DNA of 30,535 nt, taken from positions 1 through 30,535 of the forward strand of contig JBAYPN010000008.1 of assembly GCA_041677685.1 (NCBI GenBank), written 5' to 3'. Positions 8,376 through 17,386 of the stretch are shown here, piece after piece (the stretch's first letter is position 1; every line of letters begins with the position of its first letter). The DNA comes from an archaeon (GTDB taxonomy: Archaea; Iainarchaeota; Iainarchaeia; Iainarchaeales; CSSED10-239). A model generated the notes under the pieces. That model had not been told where the DNA came from, searched no databases, and saw nothing but the letters and a program-made list of their open reading frames with translations. The translations under genes and the position numbers were made by a program.

Positions 8376-8972
8376 ATGAGTGTAAAAGAAAATGATTGGA
8401 TATCTGTTGAATATACAGGGAAATTTGAAGATGGTAAAGTTTTTGATAGTAATGTTGGAAAGGAACCATTGAAGTTTAAAATTGGTGCAAGAATGGTTAT
8501 TCCTGGTTTTGAAAGAGCAGTTGTTGATATGGAAAAAGGTCAAGAAAAAGAAGTTGTTATTAAACCAGAAGATGGATATGGTCCAAAAAATGATGAAATT
8601 GTAGAATTATCAAAAGCAGCATTCCAAGATGCTTCAGTTATAGAGGAAGGTAAGGAATTAGAGATGATGACAAATATGGGACCCTTGTTGGTTGAGGTTA
8701 TTAAAATTGAAGAAGATAAAGTTAAAGTAAAACTAAATCATCCAATGGCTGGAAAAGTAATTCATTTTAAATTGAAAATATTGGATGTTCTAAATGAAGA
8801 AGAAGCAAAAAAAGAAGAACTTAACTTTCAAGAACAAATTAAAAAGATGAGAGAAGCACAAGAGAAGATGCAAGAAGAACATCACCATCATCATGGCCAC
8901 GATTGTGATTGTGGAGAGGATAGTTCTGAAGAAGATGATTGTTGTGATTGTGGAGAAGAACATAAACATTAA
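8376..8972 (+). CDS. slyD: FKBP-type peptidyl-prolyl isomerase, SlyD-like, with insert-in-flap domain and His/Cys-rich tail
   Basis: 198 aa. VEYTGKFEDGKVFDS and IPGFERAVVDMEKG FKBP motifs, IF-like insert, NHPMAGK. C-terminus EEHHHHHGHDCDCGEDSSEEDDCCDCGEEHKH. AGGAG Shine-Dalgarno upstream. Confidence 0.85.
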   Translation: MSVKENDWISVEYTGKFEDGKVFDSNVGKEPLKFKIGARMVIPGFERAVVDMEKGQEKEVVIKPEDGYGPKNDEIVELSKAAFQDASVIEEGKELEMMTNMGPLLVEVIKIEEDKVKVKLNHPMAGKVIHFKLKILDVLNEEEAKKEELNFQEQIKKMREAQEKMQEEHHHHHGHDCDCGEDSSEEDDCCDCGEEHKH

Positions 8973-9056
8973 TTGTTTTTCTTAAAATAATATTTTAGAG
9001 ATTTATTTTCTCTAAGATATTTATTCATAATCCTTTACATCTTTTAAGTTTAGACA

Positions 9057-9112
9057 CTTTTATATAATTTAATTGCTTTTATATAATTTAAATGGTTTTA
9101 TATTTTTATTTG
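9057..9112 (+). promoter_or_regulatory. tandem 19-bp TATA-like repeat upstream of serS
   Basis: CTTTTATATAATTTAATTG (9057-9075), CTTTTATATAATTTAAATG (9076-9094), then a degenerate third copy GTTTTATATTTTTATTTG. Confidence 0.4.
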
Positions 9113-9195
9113 TGTATAAATACATTATGTTTATTAATATTTAATATTAAAGATAATAACAAATTAAAAAAATTAAATATTAGAGATGAAAGTTT

Positions 9196-10485
9196 ATGTT
9201 AGATATAAGATATATTAGAGATAATGTAGCTAAAGTTAAAGAAAATCTTAAAAAAAAAAATCTTGAGTATAAATATTCTTTTGTAGATGAATTAATTGAA
9301 TTGGATCTAGAGTATAGACAGCTAATACAAGATACAAATTTATTAAAAAACAAAAAAAACAAAATAACTGATGAGATTGCGCAGAAAAAAACAAAGAATG
9401 AAAATGTAGATGATCTAATTAAAGATGCAAAAGATTTACCTAACAAGATTAAAGAGATGGATGATAGACAAAGAGAACTAAAAGAAGAAATATTTAAATT
9501 GCAAAATGAAATTCCAAATATAGTTAGTGAGAAAACCCCAATTGGAAAAGATGAATCTGAAAATAAAGAAATTGAAAAGTACGGAAATATAGTAGAAAAA
9601 GATTTTAAAATTTTAGCACACTCAGAAATTGCAGAAAAATTAAATTTAGTTGATTTTGAATCTTCAAGAAATGTTTCTGGAAAGGGTTTTTATTATCTTA
9701 AAGGGGATTTAGCTTTATTAAATCAAGCACTTCTTAGATATGTGCAAGATTATCTTTATAAAAAAAAATTTACATATGTTTTACCTCCACTTATGATTAA
9801 TAAAAGGGCCTGTGATGGAGTAATTGATTTTGATTTTTTTAGAGATATGGTTTATAAAATTGAAAATGAAGATCTTTATTTGATAGGCACAAGTGAACAT
9901 CCTTTAATTGCAATGTTTATTAATAAGGTTATTTTTGAAAAAAATTTGCCAATAAAGATGTACTCTTATTCTTCTTGTTTTAGAAAAGAGATTGGAGCTC
10001 ATGGCTTAGATGAAAGGGGTTTATTTAGATTACATCAATTTGATAAAGTTGAACAAGTTGTAATCTGTAATCCTGATGATTCTGAAAGTATTTTTGAAGA
10101 ATTAAAAAATAATAGTGTTGAGATATTTACATCTTTAGGACTACCCACAAGAGTCTTAGAGATCTGTACAGGGGATCTGGGGTCACATAAACATAGACAA
10201 GTAGATATTGAAGTTTGGTCACCAAGAAAAAAAGCTTATATTGAAGTTGGTTCTTGCTCTAATTTGACAGAAGCACAAGCAATTGGTTTAAATATTAGAG
10301 TTAAGTCAAAGACAGAAAGATATTTTGCACATACTTTAAATAATACTGGTATTGCTACCTCAAGAGCATTGGTTGCGATTTTAGAAAATTTTCAAACTAG
10401 AGAAGGAACTATAAAGATTCCAGAAGTTCTTGTTCCATATATGTATGGTAAAACAGAGATTAAGAAAAATATTGAATTTTTTTAA
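9196..10485 (+). CDS. serS: seryl-tRNA synthetase (standard bacterial-like type)
   Basis: 429 aa. MLDIRYIRDN start, N-terminal coiled-coil arm, and class II core motifs (FRKEIGAHGLDERGLFRLHQFDKVE; TLNNTGIATSRALVAILENFQ). Confidence 0.95.
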   Translation: MLDIRYIRDNVAKVKENLKKKNLEYKYSFVDELIELDLEYRQLIQDTNLLKNKKNKITDEIAQKKTKNENVDDLIKDAKDLPNKIKEMDDRQRELKEEIFKLQNEIPNIVSEKTPIGKDESENKEIEKYGNIVEKDFKILAHSEIAEKLNLVDFESSRNVSGKGFYYLKGDLALLNQALLRYVQDYLYKKKFTYVLPPLMINKRACDGVIDFDFFRDMVYKIENEDLYLIGTSEHPLIAMFINKVIFEKNLPIKMYSYSSCFRKEIGAHGLDERGLFRLHQFDKVEQVVICNPDDSESIFEELKNNSVEIFTSLGLPTRVLEICTGDLGSHKHRQVDIEVWSPRKKAYIEVGSCSNLTEAQAIGLNIRVKSKTERYFAHTLNNTGIATSRALVAILENFQTREGTIKIPEVLVPYMYGKTEIKKNIEFF

Positions 10486-10520
10486 ATTTATAATCTTTAA
10501 AAAAGGAGAATTATTAAAAT

Positions 10521-10976
10521 ATGCAAAAAGAAAATTGTATTTTTTGTAAAATTGTAAAAAAAGAAATACCTTCTGCAATTATCTATGAAGATGAAGATTT
10601 TGTTGCTTTTTTAGATAATATGCCTAACACCAAGGGAATGACAATTGTTACTACAAAAGATCATTTTGATTCTTATGTTTTTGATTTGCCTGATGAAGTT
10701 TACAGTAAACTATTACTTGTTTCTAAAAAAGTTTCAAAGATTTTAGAAAAAGGCTTAAAAGTAAAAAGAGTTGCTATGGTTTTTGAAGGAGAAGGGGTTA
10801 ACCACATCCATGCTAAACTATATCCAATGCATAATATTGACACCTCTAAATTTGAAGAACTTTCAGGTGGAGTTTATTTTGAAAATTATCCAGGATATAT
10901 TACAACTCTTGTTGGCCCTCAAAAGACCTCTGAAAAATTAAAAAAAATTGCAAAAGAAATCTTAGATAAAAAATAA
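10521..10976 (+). CDS. HIT (histidine triad) family protein with a divergent triad
   Basis: 151 aa. CIFCKIVKKEIPSAIIYEDEDFVAFLD is a typical HIT N-terminus. The triad region reads VNHIHAKLYP (H95-x-H97-x-K99). AGGAG SD upstream. Confidence 0.75.
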   Translation: MQKENCIFCKIVKKEIPSAIIYEDEDFVAFLDNMPNTKGMTIVTTKDHFDSYVFDLPDEVYSKLLLVSKKVSKILEKGLKVKRVAMVFEGEGVNHIHAKLYPMHNIDTSKFEELSGGVYFENYPGYITTLVGPQKTSEKLKKIAKEILDKK

Positions 10977-11048
10977 CTTTTAAAGTTCTTAAAACAGATT
11001 TATATATATTTTGGTGTATATTTTAGTATCTAGTTAAAGTTGATAGAG

Positions 11049-14000
11049 ATGCAGTTAAAAGAACTAATTATAAAAAATTTTAAATCATTTGATTATACTA
11101 AAATTCCATTCAAAAAAGGACTACATGTAGTTGTTGGTCCTAATGGTTCTGGGAAAAGTAATATTATTGATGCTTTACTTTTTGTTTTTGGAGCTACTTC
11201 TTTAAAAAAATTAAGAGTAGACAAACTTGTAAATCTTATTAACCATAATAACAAAGCAAACACAGCAAAGGTTAGAGTTGTGATGGATAATGATGGAGAG
11301 GATATAGAAATTTCAAGAGAAATTGATAAAGATGGAAAATCAATATTTTTATTAAATAATAAAAGAAAAGCACTTCATGAAATAACATCTTACCTAAACG
11401 AACTTGGAATTGATATGGAAGGGTATAACACAGTCCAACAAGGAGATGTTACAAAAATAATTAATCTTAATGCAGAAGAAAGAAGAGAAATAATTGACAA
11501 TGTTTCAGGAATTGCTTTGTTTGATGCACGAAAAAAAGAAGCAGAAACTAATTTGAAAAAAGTGCAAGAAAGATTAGATAAAGTGTATATTGCATTAAAT
11601 GAAAGAAAGCCATATGTTGAGCAATTAAAGGAAGAAAAAGAATCAGCAATTAAATTTAAAGAACTTGATTTGTTGGAAAATACATACAATTTTTCTTTAT
11701 TTAAAAAACAAATAAATTCATTAACACAAGAAATTTATGATGAAGAAGATTTACTTGATAAAAATCAAACAAAGATAGACAACCTTATTTCCGAAAAGAA
11801 ACATACAGAAATTAAAATTAAAGAACTTGATAAAGAATTAGAAACTATAAACCAAGAACTAATATCTCATTCAGAAAAAGTGCAGTCAACCATTGGAAAA
11901 AATTACTCAGAAATTTCTGCAAACAAAGAAATAATTTTAAATAACATCAATATTAATAAAGAAAATTTAAATTATTTAGAAACAGAAAACTATAAAGCCA
12001 CAACCGAGCTGTCTTCTTTTAAAACACAGATAGATGACCTTCTATCTTTAATTGAAAATATTGATTTGAAACTTAAAAGTAAAATTACTCTAAAAACTGA
12101 ACTAAAAAAAAATCTAGACAAGACCCAAAAAGAATTTGAGAAAGTTAAAGTTCTACAGGACCAATTATATCTTGAGCTTTCAAACTATAATAAAAAAATA
12201 ATCTCTAAACAAGATCAGTTTTATGAAATTAAAAATAGAATTAATGCTTACACCCTTCAAAAGGAAACTTTAGAAATTCAAGATAAAGAGAGCCTAGAAG
12301 CTTTATCTAAATTAAAACAAAAAGCAAATAATCTGGACAAAGAAATAACTGAGTATACAAAATTAAAAGAAGACTTAGATAAAAAGATTTTAAATTTAAA
12401 AACAAACCTATCATCTAAAAAAGAAGAAAAAGAAAATATTTATAATAATTTAAATAATATAAAGGCAGAGATTAGTTCCTTAAAAAAAGATTTTTCATTA
12501 TCTTCTAACTTTTTAGATAAAAGAAAAGAAATTAATACACAACTAAAAAAATTTCCAAGTTATGTTGGATTTTTGGAAGACTGTGTGAAATTAAATGATT
12601 CGCAAAAATCCTATTACTCTTCCTATGTTGTCTTAAAAGATGATTTACAAATTGAGAAAATAGTTAATTTAATTGATTATAATTTATCTTTTGTAATCCT
12701 TTCTGCACTTGAATTAAAAGAAAAAGACTTAGAGAAGTATTTTAATAAATTAAAAGTTGTTTCTCCAAAAGTGTCTGTAAAAAATCTTTACTTTGATGGT
12801 TTTTCTTTTAAAAGATTAATTTTTAAAGACTCAAAGAAGTTACAAGACGCAATTAAGGATGCAGAGAAAAAGAAATCAGAACTTGAAAGCAAATTAGAAA
12901 CCTTAATTAAAGAATATGATTCTCTTGACAAAGACATAGACTTGAAGTTACCAAAACTTTCAAATACTGAAATAAAATTAAATACTTGTTTAGAAATCAA
13001 AAAGGATGTTGTTGAGAAATTAGATTCTATACAGTTAGAAAAAAATAACACACTTTTAGAAAGAATAACATTAAATGTTGGACACTTAGAATCAGAACTA
13101 ACCTCTTTGGATAAAGACATAAAAGAAAATTCCTCTAAAAAGGAGGAGATTGAAGAAAGTCTTAAAAAGATTAATTTTATTGAACAAAATAAGATTAGAA
13201 ATCAGTATGATGATTTAATCTCAGAAGTTAATCATCTAGAGCAATCATTAATGTCAAAAAATTCAGATCTAAAAATCTTAAATGAAAAAAAGGAAAACAA
13301 AATTAATTATATTAATAGTAATCTTTTAAAAATAAAAGAACTAAAAGAAAAAATAATTGTTTTAGAAGACAGGAAAGTGGAGATTGACAATTCACTTCTA
13401 AAAATAAAATCAGAATTTGAAAAAGAAGATTCTAAAAAAGCAAAGTTATTTGATAAAAAAACAGAAGTTAATAAGATGATTAATGACTTGTCTTATAAAT
13501 TAAATTCATATGATTCTACAATATCTGATATTAATCTTTCAATTAATAATTCAAAAATTTTAATATCAACTAATCAAAGTAAAATATCTCAATTTGAGCA
13601 GAATCTTAAACTTTTAGATTTAGATAAATTTAAAGATTTAAAGCAAGTCAATTTAGAGACAGAAGAAATAAATTCTGAACTTAGAAAGATTAGAAGGGAA
13701 AAAAATAGTTTAGGGAATATTAACTTTAATGCAATTGAGTCTTATGATAAACTTGCAAAAGAATATGATGAGATTATAAGTAAATGTGAGATTTTAGAAA
13801 AAGAAAAAGAACAAGTCTCTTTAATGCTTTCTGAAATTAATATGAAAAAGAAAACTGTTTTTGAAGATTGCTTTACAAAAATAAATAAAGAGTTTAAAAA
13901 TATTATTAAAAAGATGTCAAGTAATCTATCTGGTGATTTAGAATTGGTTGGAGATGATTTGCTTAAATCTAAATTGTTAATTAATTTAACTAAAAATAAT

Positions 14001-14291
14001 AAAACCAAAGATATTGATATTATGTCAGGTGGAGAGAAAACAATAACCGCACTTGCTTTCATTTTTGCTCTACATGCCTATAAGAATGCTCCTTATTATA
14101 TTTTAGATGAGGTTGATGCTGCTCTTGATGATTATAATTCTGCTACACTTTTAAATTATATTAAAGATCTGTCTAGTACAACTACTATTATCTCCATAAC
14201 CCACAACTCAACTATAGTTTCTGGAGCAAATCAAATTATTGGTGTAACCTTGAAAGAAAACACCACTGTTATTGGTCTTAATTTGAAATAG
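11049..14291 (+). CDS. smc: chromosome segregation protein SMC
   Basis: The track ORF starts at TTG 11040. ATG 11049 gives MQLKELIIKNFKSF, a typical SMC N-terminus. Walker A GPNGSGKSN, long coiled coils, signature SGGEKTITALAFIFAL, Walker B YYILDEVDAALD. No CxxC zinc hook, so not Rad50. Confidence 0.9.
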   Translation: MQLKELIIKNFKSFDYTKIPFKKGLHVVVGPNGSGKSNIIDALLFVFGATSLKKLRVDKLVNLINHNNKANTAKVRVVMDNDGEDIEISREIDKDGKSIFLLNNKRKALHEITSYLNELGIDMEGYNTVQQGDVTKIINLNAEERREIIDNVSGIALFDARKKEAETNLKKVQERLDKVYIALNERKPYVEQLKEEKESAIKFKELDLLENTYNFSLFKKQINSLTQEIYDEEDLLDKNQTKIDNLISEKKHTEIKIKELDKELETINQELISHSEKVQSTIGKNYSEISANKEIILNNININKENLNYLETENYKATTELSSFKTQIDDLLSLIENIDLKLKSKITLKTELKKNLDKTQKEFEKVKVLQDQLYLELSNYNKKIISKQDQFYEIKNRINAYTLQKETLEIQDKESLEALSKLKQKANNLDKEITEYTKLKEDLDKKILNLKTNLSSKKEEKENIYNNLNNIKAEISSLKKDFSLSSNFLDKRKEINTQLKKFPSYVGFLEDCVKLNDSQKSYYSSYVVLKDDLQIEKIVNLIDYNLSFVILSALELKEKDLEKYFNKLKVVSPKVSVKNLYFDGFSFKRLIFKDSKKLQDAIKDAEKKKSELESKLETLIKEYDSLDKDIDLKLPKLSNTEIKLNTCLEIKKDVVEKLDSIQLEKNNTLLERITLNVGHLESELTSLDKDIKENSSKKEEIEESLKKINFIEQNKIRNQYDDLISEVNHLEQSLMSKNSDLKILNEKKENKINYINSNLLKIKELKEKIIVLEDRKVEIDNSLLKIKSEFEKEDSKKAKLFDKKTEVNKMINDLSYKLNSYDSTISDINLSINNSKILISTNQSKISQFEQNLKLLDLDKFKDLKQVNLETEEINSELRKIRREKNSLGNINFNAIESYDKLAKEYDEIISKCEILEKEKEQVSLMLSEINMKKKTVFEDCFTKINKEFKNIIKKMSSNLSGDLELVGDDLLKSKLLINLTKNNKTKDIDIMSGGEKTITALAFIFALHAYKNAPYYILDEVDAALDDYNSATLLNYIKDLSSTTTIISITHNSTIVSGANQIIGVTLKENTTVIGLNLK

Positions 14292-14522
14292 TTGTTGCCT
14301 TCTACACAGCAAAAATTTGACTTAGTTATAAACTCCCTTGTATTTATAGCTTTCCTTTTTTCTAACCAAACATCAAGCTTTTTAAAGCTTATTCCTCTTT
14401 AATATACTTAATAAATAATTGTTCTTAGTTAAATAATTAATGTTTACCTAACATCAACAATTCCCTCCTTTTCTTTTTAATTTAATTTTTTAAAAAAAGG
14501 AAAGAGAAGTTTAAAAGGATTG

Positions 14523-15389
14523 ATGAGATTTATGAAAAAATATAAGAAAGTAATTTCAATTATGATATTTTTAATTTCAGCATTATTTATAACAATATCT
14601 TTATCTCACTTTGCTCAGGCAAATCAAATTGATTTAGATTTTTCACAAGTAATTAATCTAACAAATAGTCCAGTAACAAAGGATATTACAATAACCAATC
14701 TTTCCTCTCAATTAAAAAATTATAACCTTGAGATCTATTCAGCACCATTTACCTCACAACTAACCCCAAGTTCCTTTCAATTGGAAGCAGGTCAATCAAG
14801 GAAAGTAAGTTTAGAAGTTTTTCCTTTAGAAAACACCTTATACCAAAGGTATATTGCAAAGATCAAGGTAAACACAGACAATCAAGAAACCTATTATGAG
14901 TTTTTAATAATCCAGAATGATAATTTCTCTTGTGACACCACAATTCAGTCAGACATAAGTTATGATTCTAATTTAGACAATTATTCTTTATCTTTAGTTT
15001 TGTTAAACAAATCAAATAATATTCAATCCATATCCTTAGAGTCTTTAAAAAATTCAAATTTAGATGATGTTGATGGCTTTAAAGAAACAGAGGTTAGTTT
15101 GGAAAAAGATGAAGAAAAGATAATTAATTTTAATTTAAATTTAGAAGAGAAGGATGATTTGATTTTAAAGTATAAATGTAATGATATGTTATTTACAAAG
15201 AACATAGATTTTCAATATAAGGAAGAATTTAAAGAAGATATAAGTAACTTAACTTCTTATTTTTCATTTGTTAATCTAAAAGTTATTATCAATTCAATTT
15301 CCTTTCAATTAATTTTAGTTTTGATATTAGTAGGTTTAGTTTTATCTTTCTCAACAAGATATATAAAATTACTTTATAAAAAGAAATGA
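14523..15389 (+). CDS. membrane-anchored secreted protein (signal peptide plus C-terminal TM)
   Basis: About 288 aa from ATG 14523. Sec-type signal (LSHFAQA/NQIDL), CARDB-like strand pattern (KDITITNLSSQLKNYNLEIYS), C-terminal TM LILVLILVGLVLSF and a YKKK tail. Confidence 0.5.
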   Translation: MRFMKKYKKVISIMIFLISALFITISLSHFAQANQIDLDFSQVINLTNSPVTKDITITNLSSQLKNYNLEIYSAPFTSQLTPSSFQLEAGQSRKVSLEVFPLENTLYQRYIAKIKVNTDNQETYYEFLIIQNDNFSCDTTIQSDISYDSNLDNYSLSLVLLNKSNNIQSISLESLKNSNLDDVDGFKETEVSLEKDEEKIINFNLNLEEKDDLILKYKCNDMLFTKNIDFQYKEEFKEDISNLTSYFSFVNLKVIINSISFQLILVLILVGLVLSFSTRYIKLLYKKK

Positions 15390-15519
15390 TTTTGTGAAAT
15401 TAAATTAGATTAGAGATTTATAAAGTTTAAAAATTTTAAAAATTTAAAAAAGTTTAAAAATTGAAGAAAAATAAAAAAGGGGTTAAAATAAAAATATAAA
15501 TTAAAAAGGTGTGATTTTT

Positions 15520-17352
15520 ATGATAAAGAAAAGAAATAAAATATATTTATTTTTTGGAATACTTTTAATTTTAGGGGTATTATTTACAACAAATATCTTT
15601 GCATCTCAACTAGATAATGTAAACATTAGTTTTGAAAAGGAATATTATTCAGTAATTGAAGACAATCCTCTAACAGTTGTGTACACTCTTGAGAACAATA
15701 ACTCAGAGGTTGTTAATCTATTAGTTTATGCAAGTTGTGATAATGATGAGCTTAGCTGTAATTATTCAAAGACCTTTAATCTTGTAGGGAATTCAAATTT
15801 AAAAACCTCATTAGTTGTTAGAGCCTTAGATGATGACACAACAGATTTAAAATTATATATAAAGGACATGAATAACAATGAAGAGAAAAGTTACACAATT
15901 AGGATCTATGCAGAAGATGGGTTGGATGATGGGGACTTTGAAGTTGATATTCAAAAGACTTCTTTTTGTAAAGGGGAATCAATTACAAATTATATAATGA
16001 TTGATGATGTTTTATATTCTGGTCTATATAATTTAAGTTTAACAAGCCAAACATTATCAGTTGCATTAAAAGAATCAAATCCAATTTACTTAAATAGAAA
16101 TGAAAATAACATACCTTTTATGATAAGTATCCCAAAGGATCAATCTGAAGGAAATTATAATTTAAAATTAAAAATATATAATGAGGATGTTACAGTTGTT
16201 AAAAACTTTAGTGTCTATGTAAATGATTGCGCAGAGGTTGTTAACTCTGATCTCTTTGTTTCAGGACCAACAACAATAAGTTATATAATGTATAAGGGAG
16301 AGCCAATAACTTTTACTTTTACTTTAAGAAACACATCATTAAATAAAACTAAAGATTTCTTTATATCTTACGATAAAGATACACAACTTTCTGTTAGTCT
16401 TTCACAAAAACAAATAAGACTTTTGCCTGGTGAGATAAAGAAGATAGATGTTACAGTCTTAGCACCAATTACAATTCCTGCTGACGATTATGATCTAAAT
16501 TTAAGTTTCTTTGATGAGTTAGGTGTTATTAATAAAAAATATATTTTTAAAGTTCAACCTGACTATTACTTTAAAGCAAATTTGCAAGAAAGTAATTTAA
16601 TTTTAAATATTGGACAAATTACACAAACTAAGTTATTTTTGGAAAATATAGGAGATATAAAAGACACAATTAATATTTCTTATATTTTGTCAAATGATTT
16701 AAGAGTTACAACTTCTTCAACTAAGATTACATTAGATTCTAAGGAAGGTAAAGCAATTAGTTTTAATATTTTTTCAGGAGCAAACACTACTCCAAGAACA
16801 AGTGTTATTAGCTTTATTCTAAAAGGAACAAATAGTGATTTTTATAAGAAGATTGACTTAACAGTTGTTGCACTTAAGGAAAGTAATAAGTTAAAGATCT
16901 CTATGTTATCCTTTCCAACTGAATTAAATGTTTATAAAAATTCAACAAAGAAGTTTTCTTTTGAAATTAAAAATGATGGTCTAAATAAAATTAATATTTC
17001 AAAAATTGAATTAACATTTGATAAAGATTATAATCTAACATACACTTTCCCACAAAATATTTCTTTAGATTCAAAAGAATCAAAAGCAATTAATGGAAGT
17101 ATCAATGTTTCTGATCTACCAAATCAAAAAATAGAATCAGAGATTGTAATTTATGAATCAAGTGGTGTCTTTTCAAAGCCATTGGTAATTAATATTGTTG
17201 ATGAAAAAGACACTTCAAAGAAGAAAAGCATAATTGGTGGATTTTTTAGTTTAGGTAACTCAATTTTGTTTGGAATAATATTTTTAGCATTGCTGTTTAT
17301 TTTACTTTATTCTACAAGGGTTATTAAACACAAGCAATACAATAGACTTTAA
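15520..17352 (+). CDS. large membrane-anchored cell-surface protein with repeated CARDB/NEW3-like domains
   Basis: ATG 15520 is preferred over GTG 15511 because AGGTG lies 8 nt upstream. Signal peptide (TTNIFA/SQLDN). Repeated patterns FTFTLRNTSLNKTKDFFISY, TKLFLENIGDIKDTINISY, FSFEIKNDGLNKINISKIEL. C-terminal TM plus basic tail. Confidence 0.55.
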   Translation: MIKKRNKIYLFFGILLILGVLFTTNIFASQLDNVNISFEKEYYSVIEDNPLTVVYTLENNNSEVVNLLVYASCDNDELSCNYSKTFNLVGNSNLKTSLVVRALDDDTTDLKLYIKDMNNNEEKSYTIRIYAEDGLDDGDFEVDIQKTSFCKGESITNYIMIDDVLYSGLYNLSLTSQTLSVALKESNPIYLNRNENNIPFMISIPKDQSEGNYNLKLKIYNEDVTVVKNFSVYVNDCAEVVNSDLFVSGPTTISYIMYKGEPITFTFTLRNTSLNKTKDFFISYDKDTQLSVSLSQKQIRLLPGEIKKIDVTVLAPITIPADDYDLNLSFFDELGVINKKYIFKVQPDYYFKANLQESNLILNIGQITQTKLFLENIGDIKDTINISYILSNDLRVTTSSTKITLDSKEGKAISFNIFSGANTTPRTSVISFILKGTNSDFYKKIDLTVVALKESNKLKISMLSFPTELNVYKNSTKKFSFEIKNDGLNKINISKIELTFDKDYNLTYTFPQNISLDSKESKAINGSINVSDLPNQKIESEIVIYESSGVFSKPLVINIVDEKDTSKKKSIIGGFFSLGNSILFGIIFLALLFILLYSTRVIKHKQYNRL

Positions 17353-17386
17353 AAATAGTTTAGAGAGATAAGAAAGTATTTATTTT

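Noticed and set aside
9092-9205. 37-codon plus-strand ORF (MVLYFYLCINTL...) upstream of and overlapping the serS start
   Set aside because: It has no SD, a hydrophobic low-complexity product, and it overlaps the TATA-like repeats and the serS start. It is probably a chance ORF in promoter DNA.
9250-9260. A11 homopolymer inside serS as a phase-variation or frameshift site
   Set aside because: It encodes an in-frame KKK run in an intact essential gene. Long A runs are expected from Lys-rich coding in such AT-rich DNA. There is no sign of an alternative frame.
11049-14291. Rad50 instead of SMC
   Set aside because: There is no central CxxC zinc hook. A globular segment interrupts the coiled coil, the N-terminus has the FKSF motif, and no Mre11 gene is adjacent. 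SMC fits better.
14375-14390. Palindrome AAGCTTTTTAAAGCTT as an RNA hairpin terminator
   Set aside because: The loop would be only 2-4 nt with a 6-7 bp A/T-rich stem. It is about 85 nt beyond the smc stop with no clear adjoining T-tract, so it is not convincing as a terminator.
14523-17352. Surface proteins as type IV pilins for the nearby peptidase locus
   Set aside because: The N-termini look like ordinary Sec signal peptides with A-x-A-type cleavage sites after the hydrophobic core. They are not class III signals, which are cleaved before the hydrophobic segment. The proteins are also large and C-terminally anchored.
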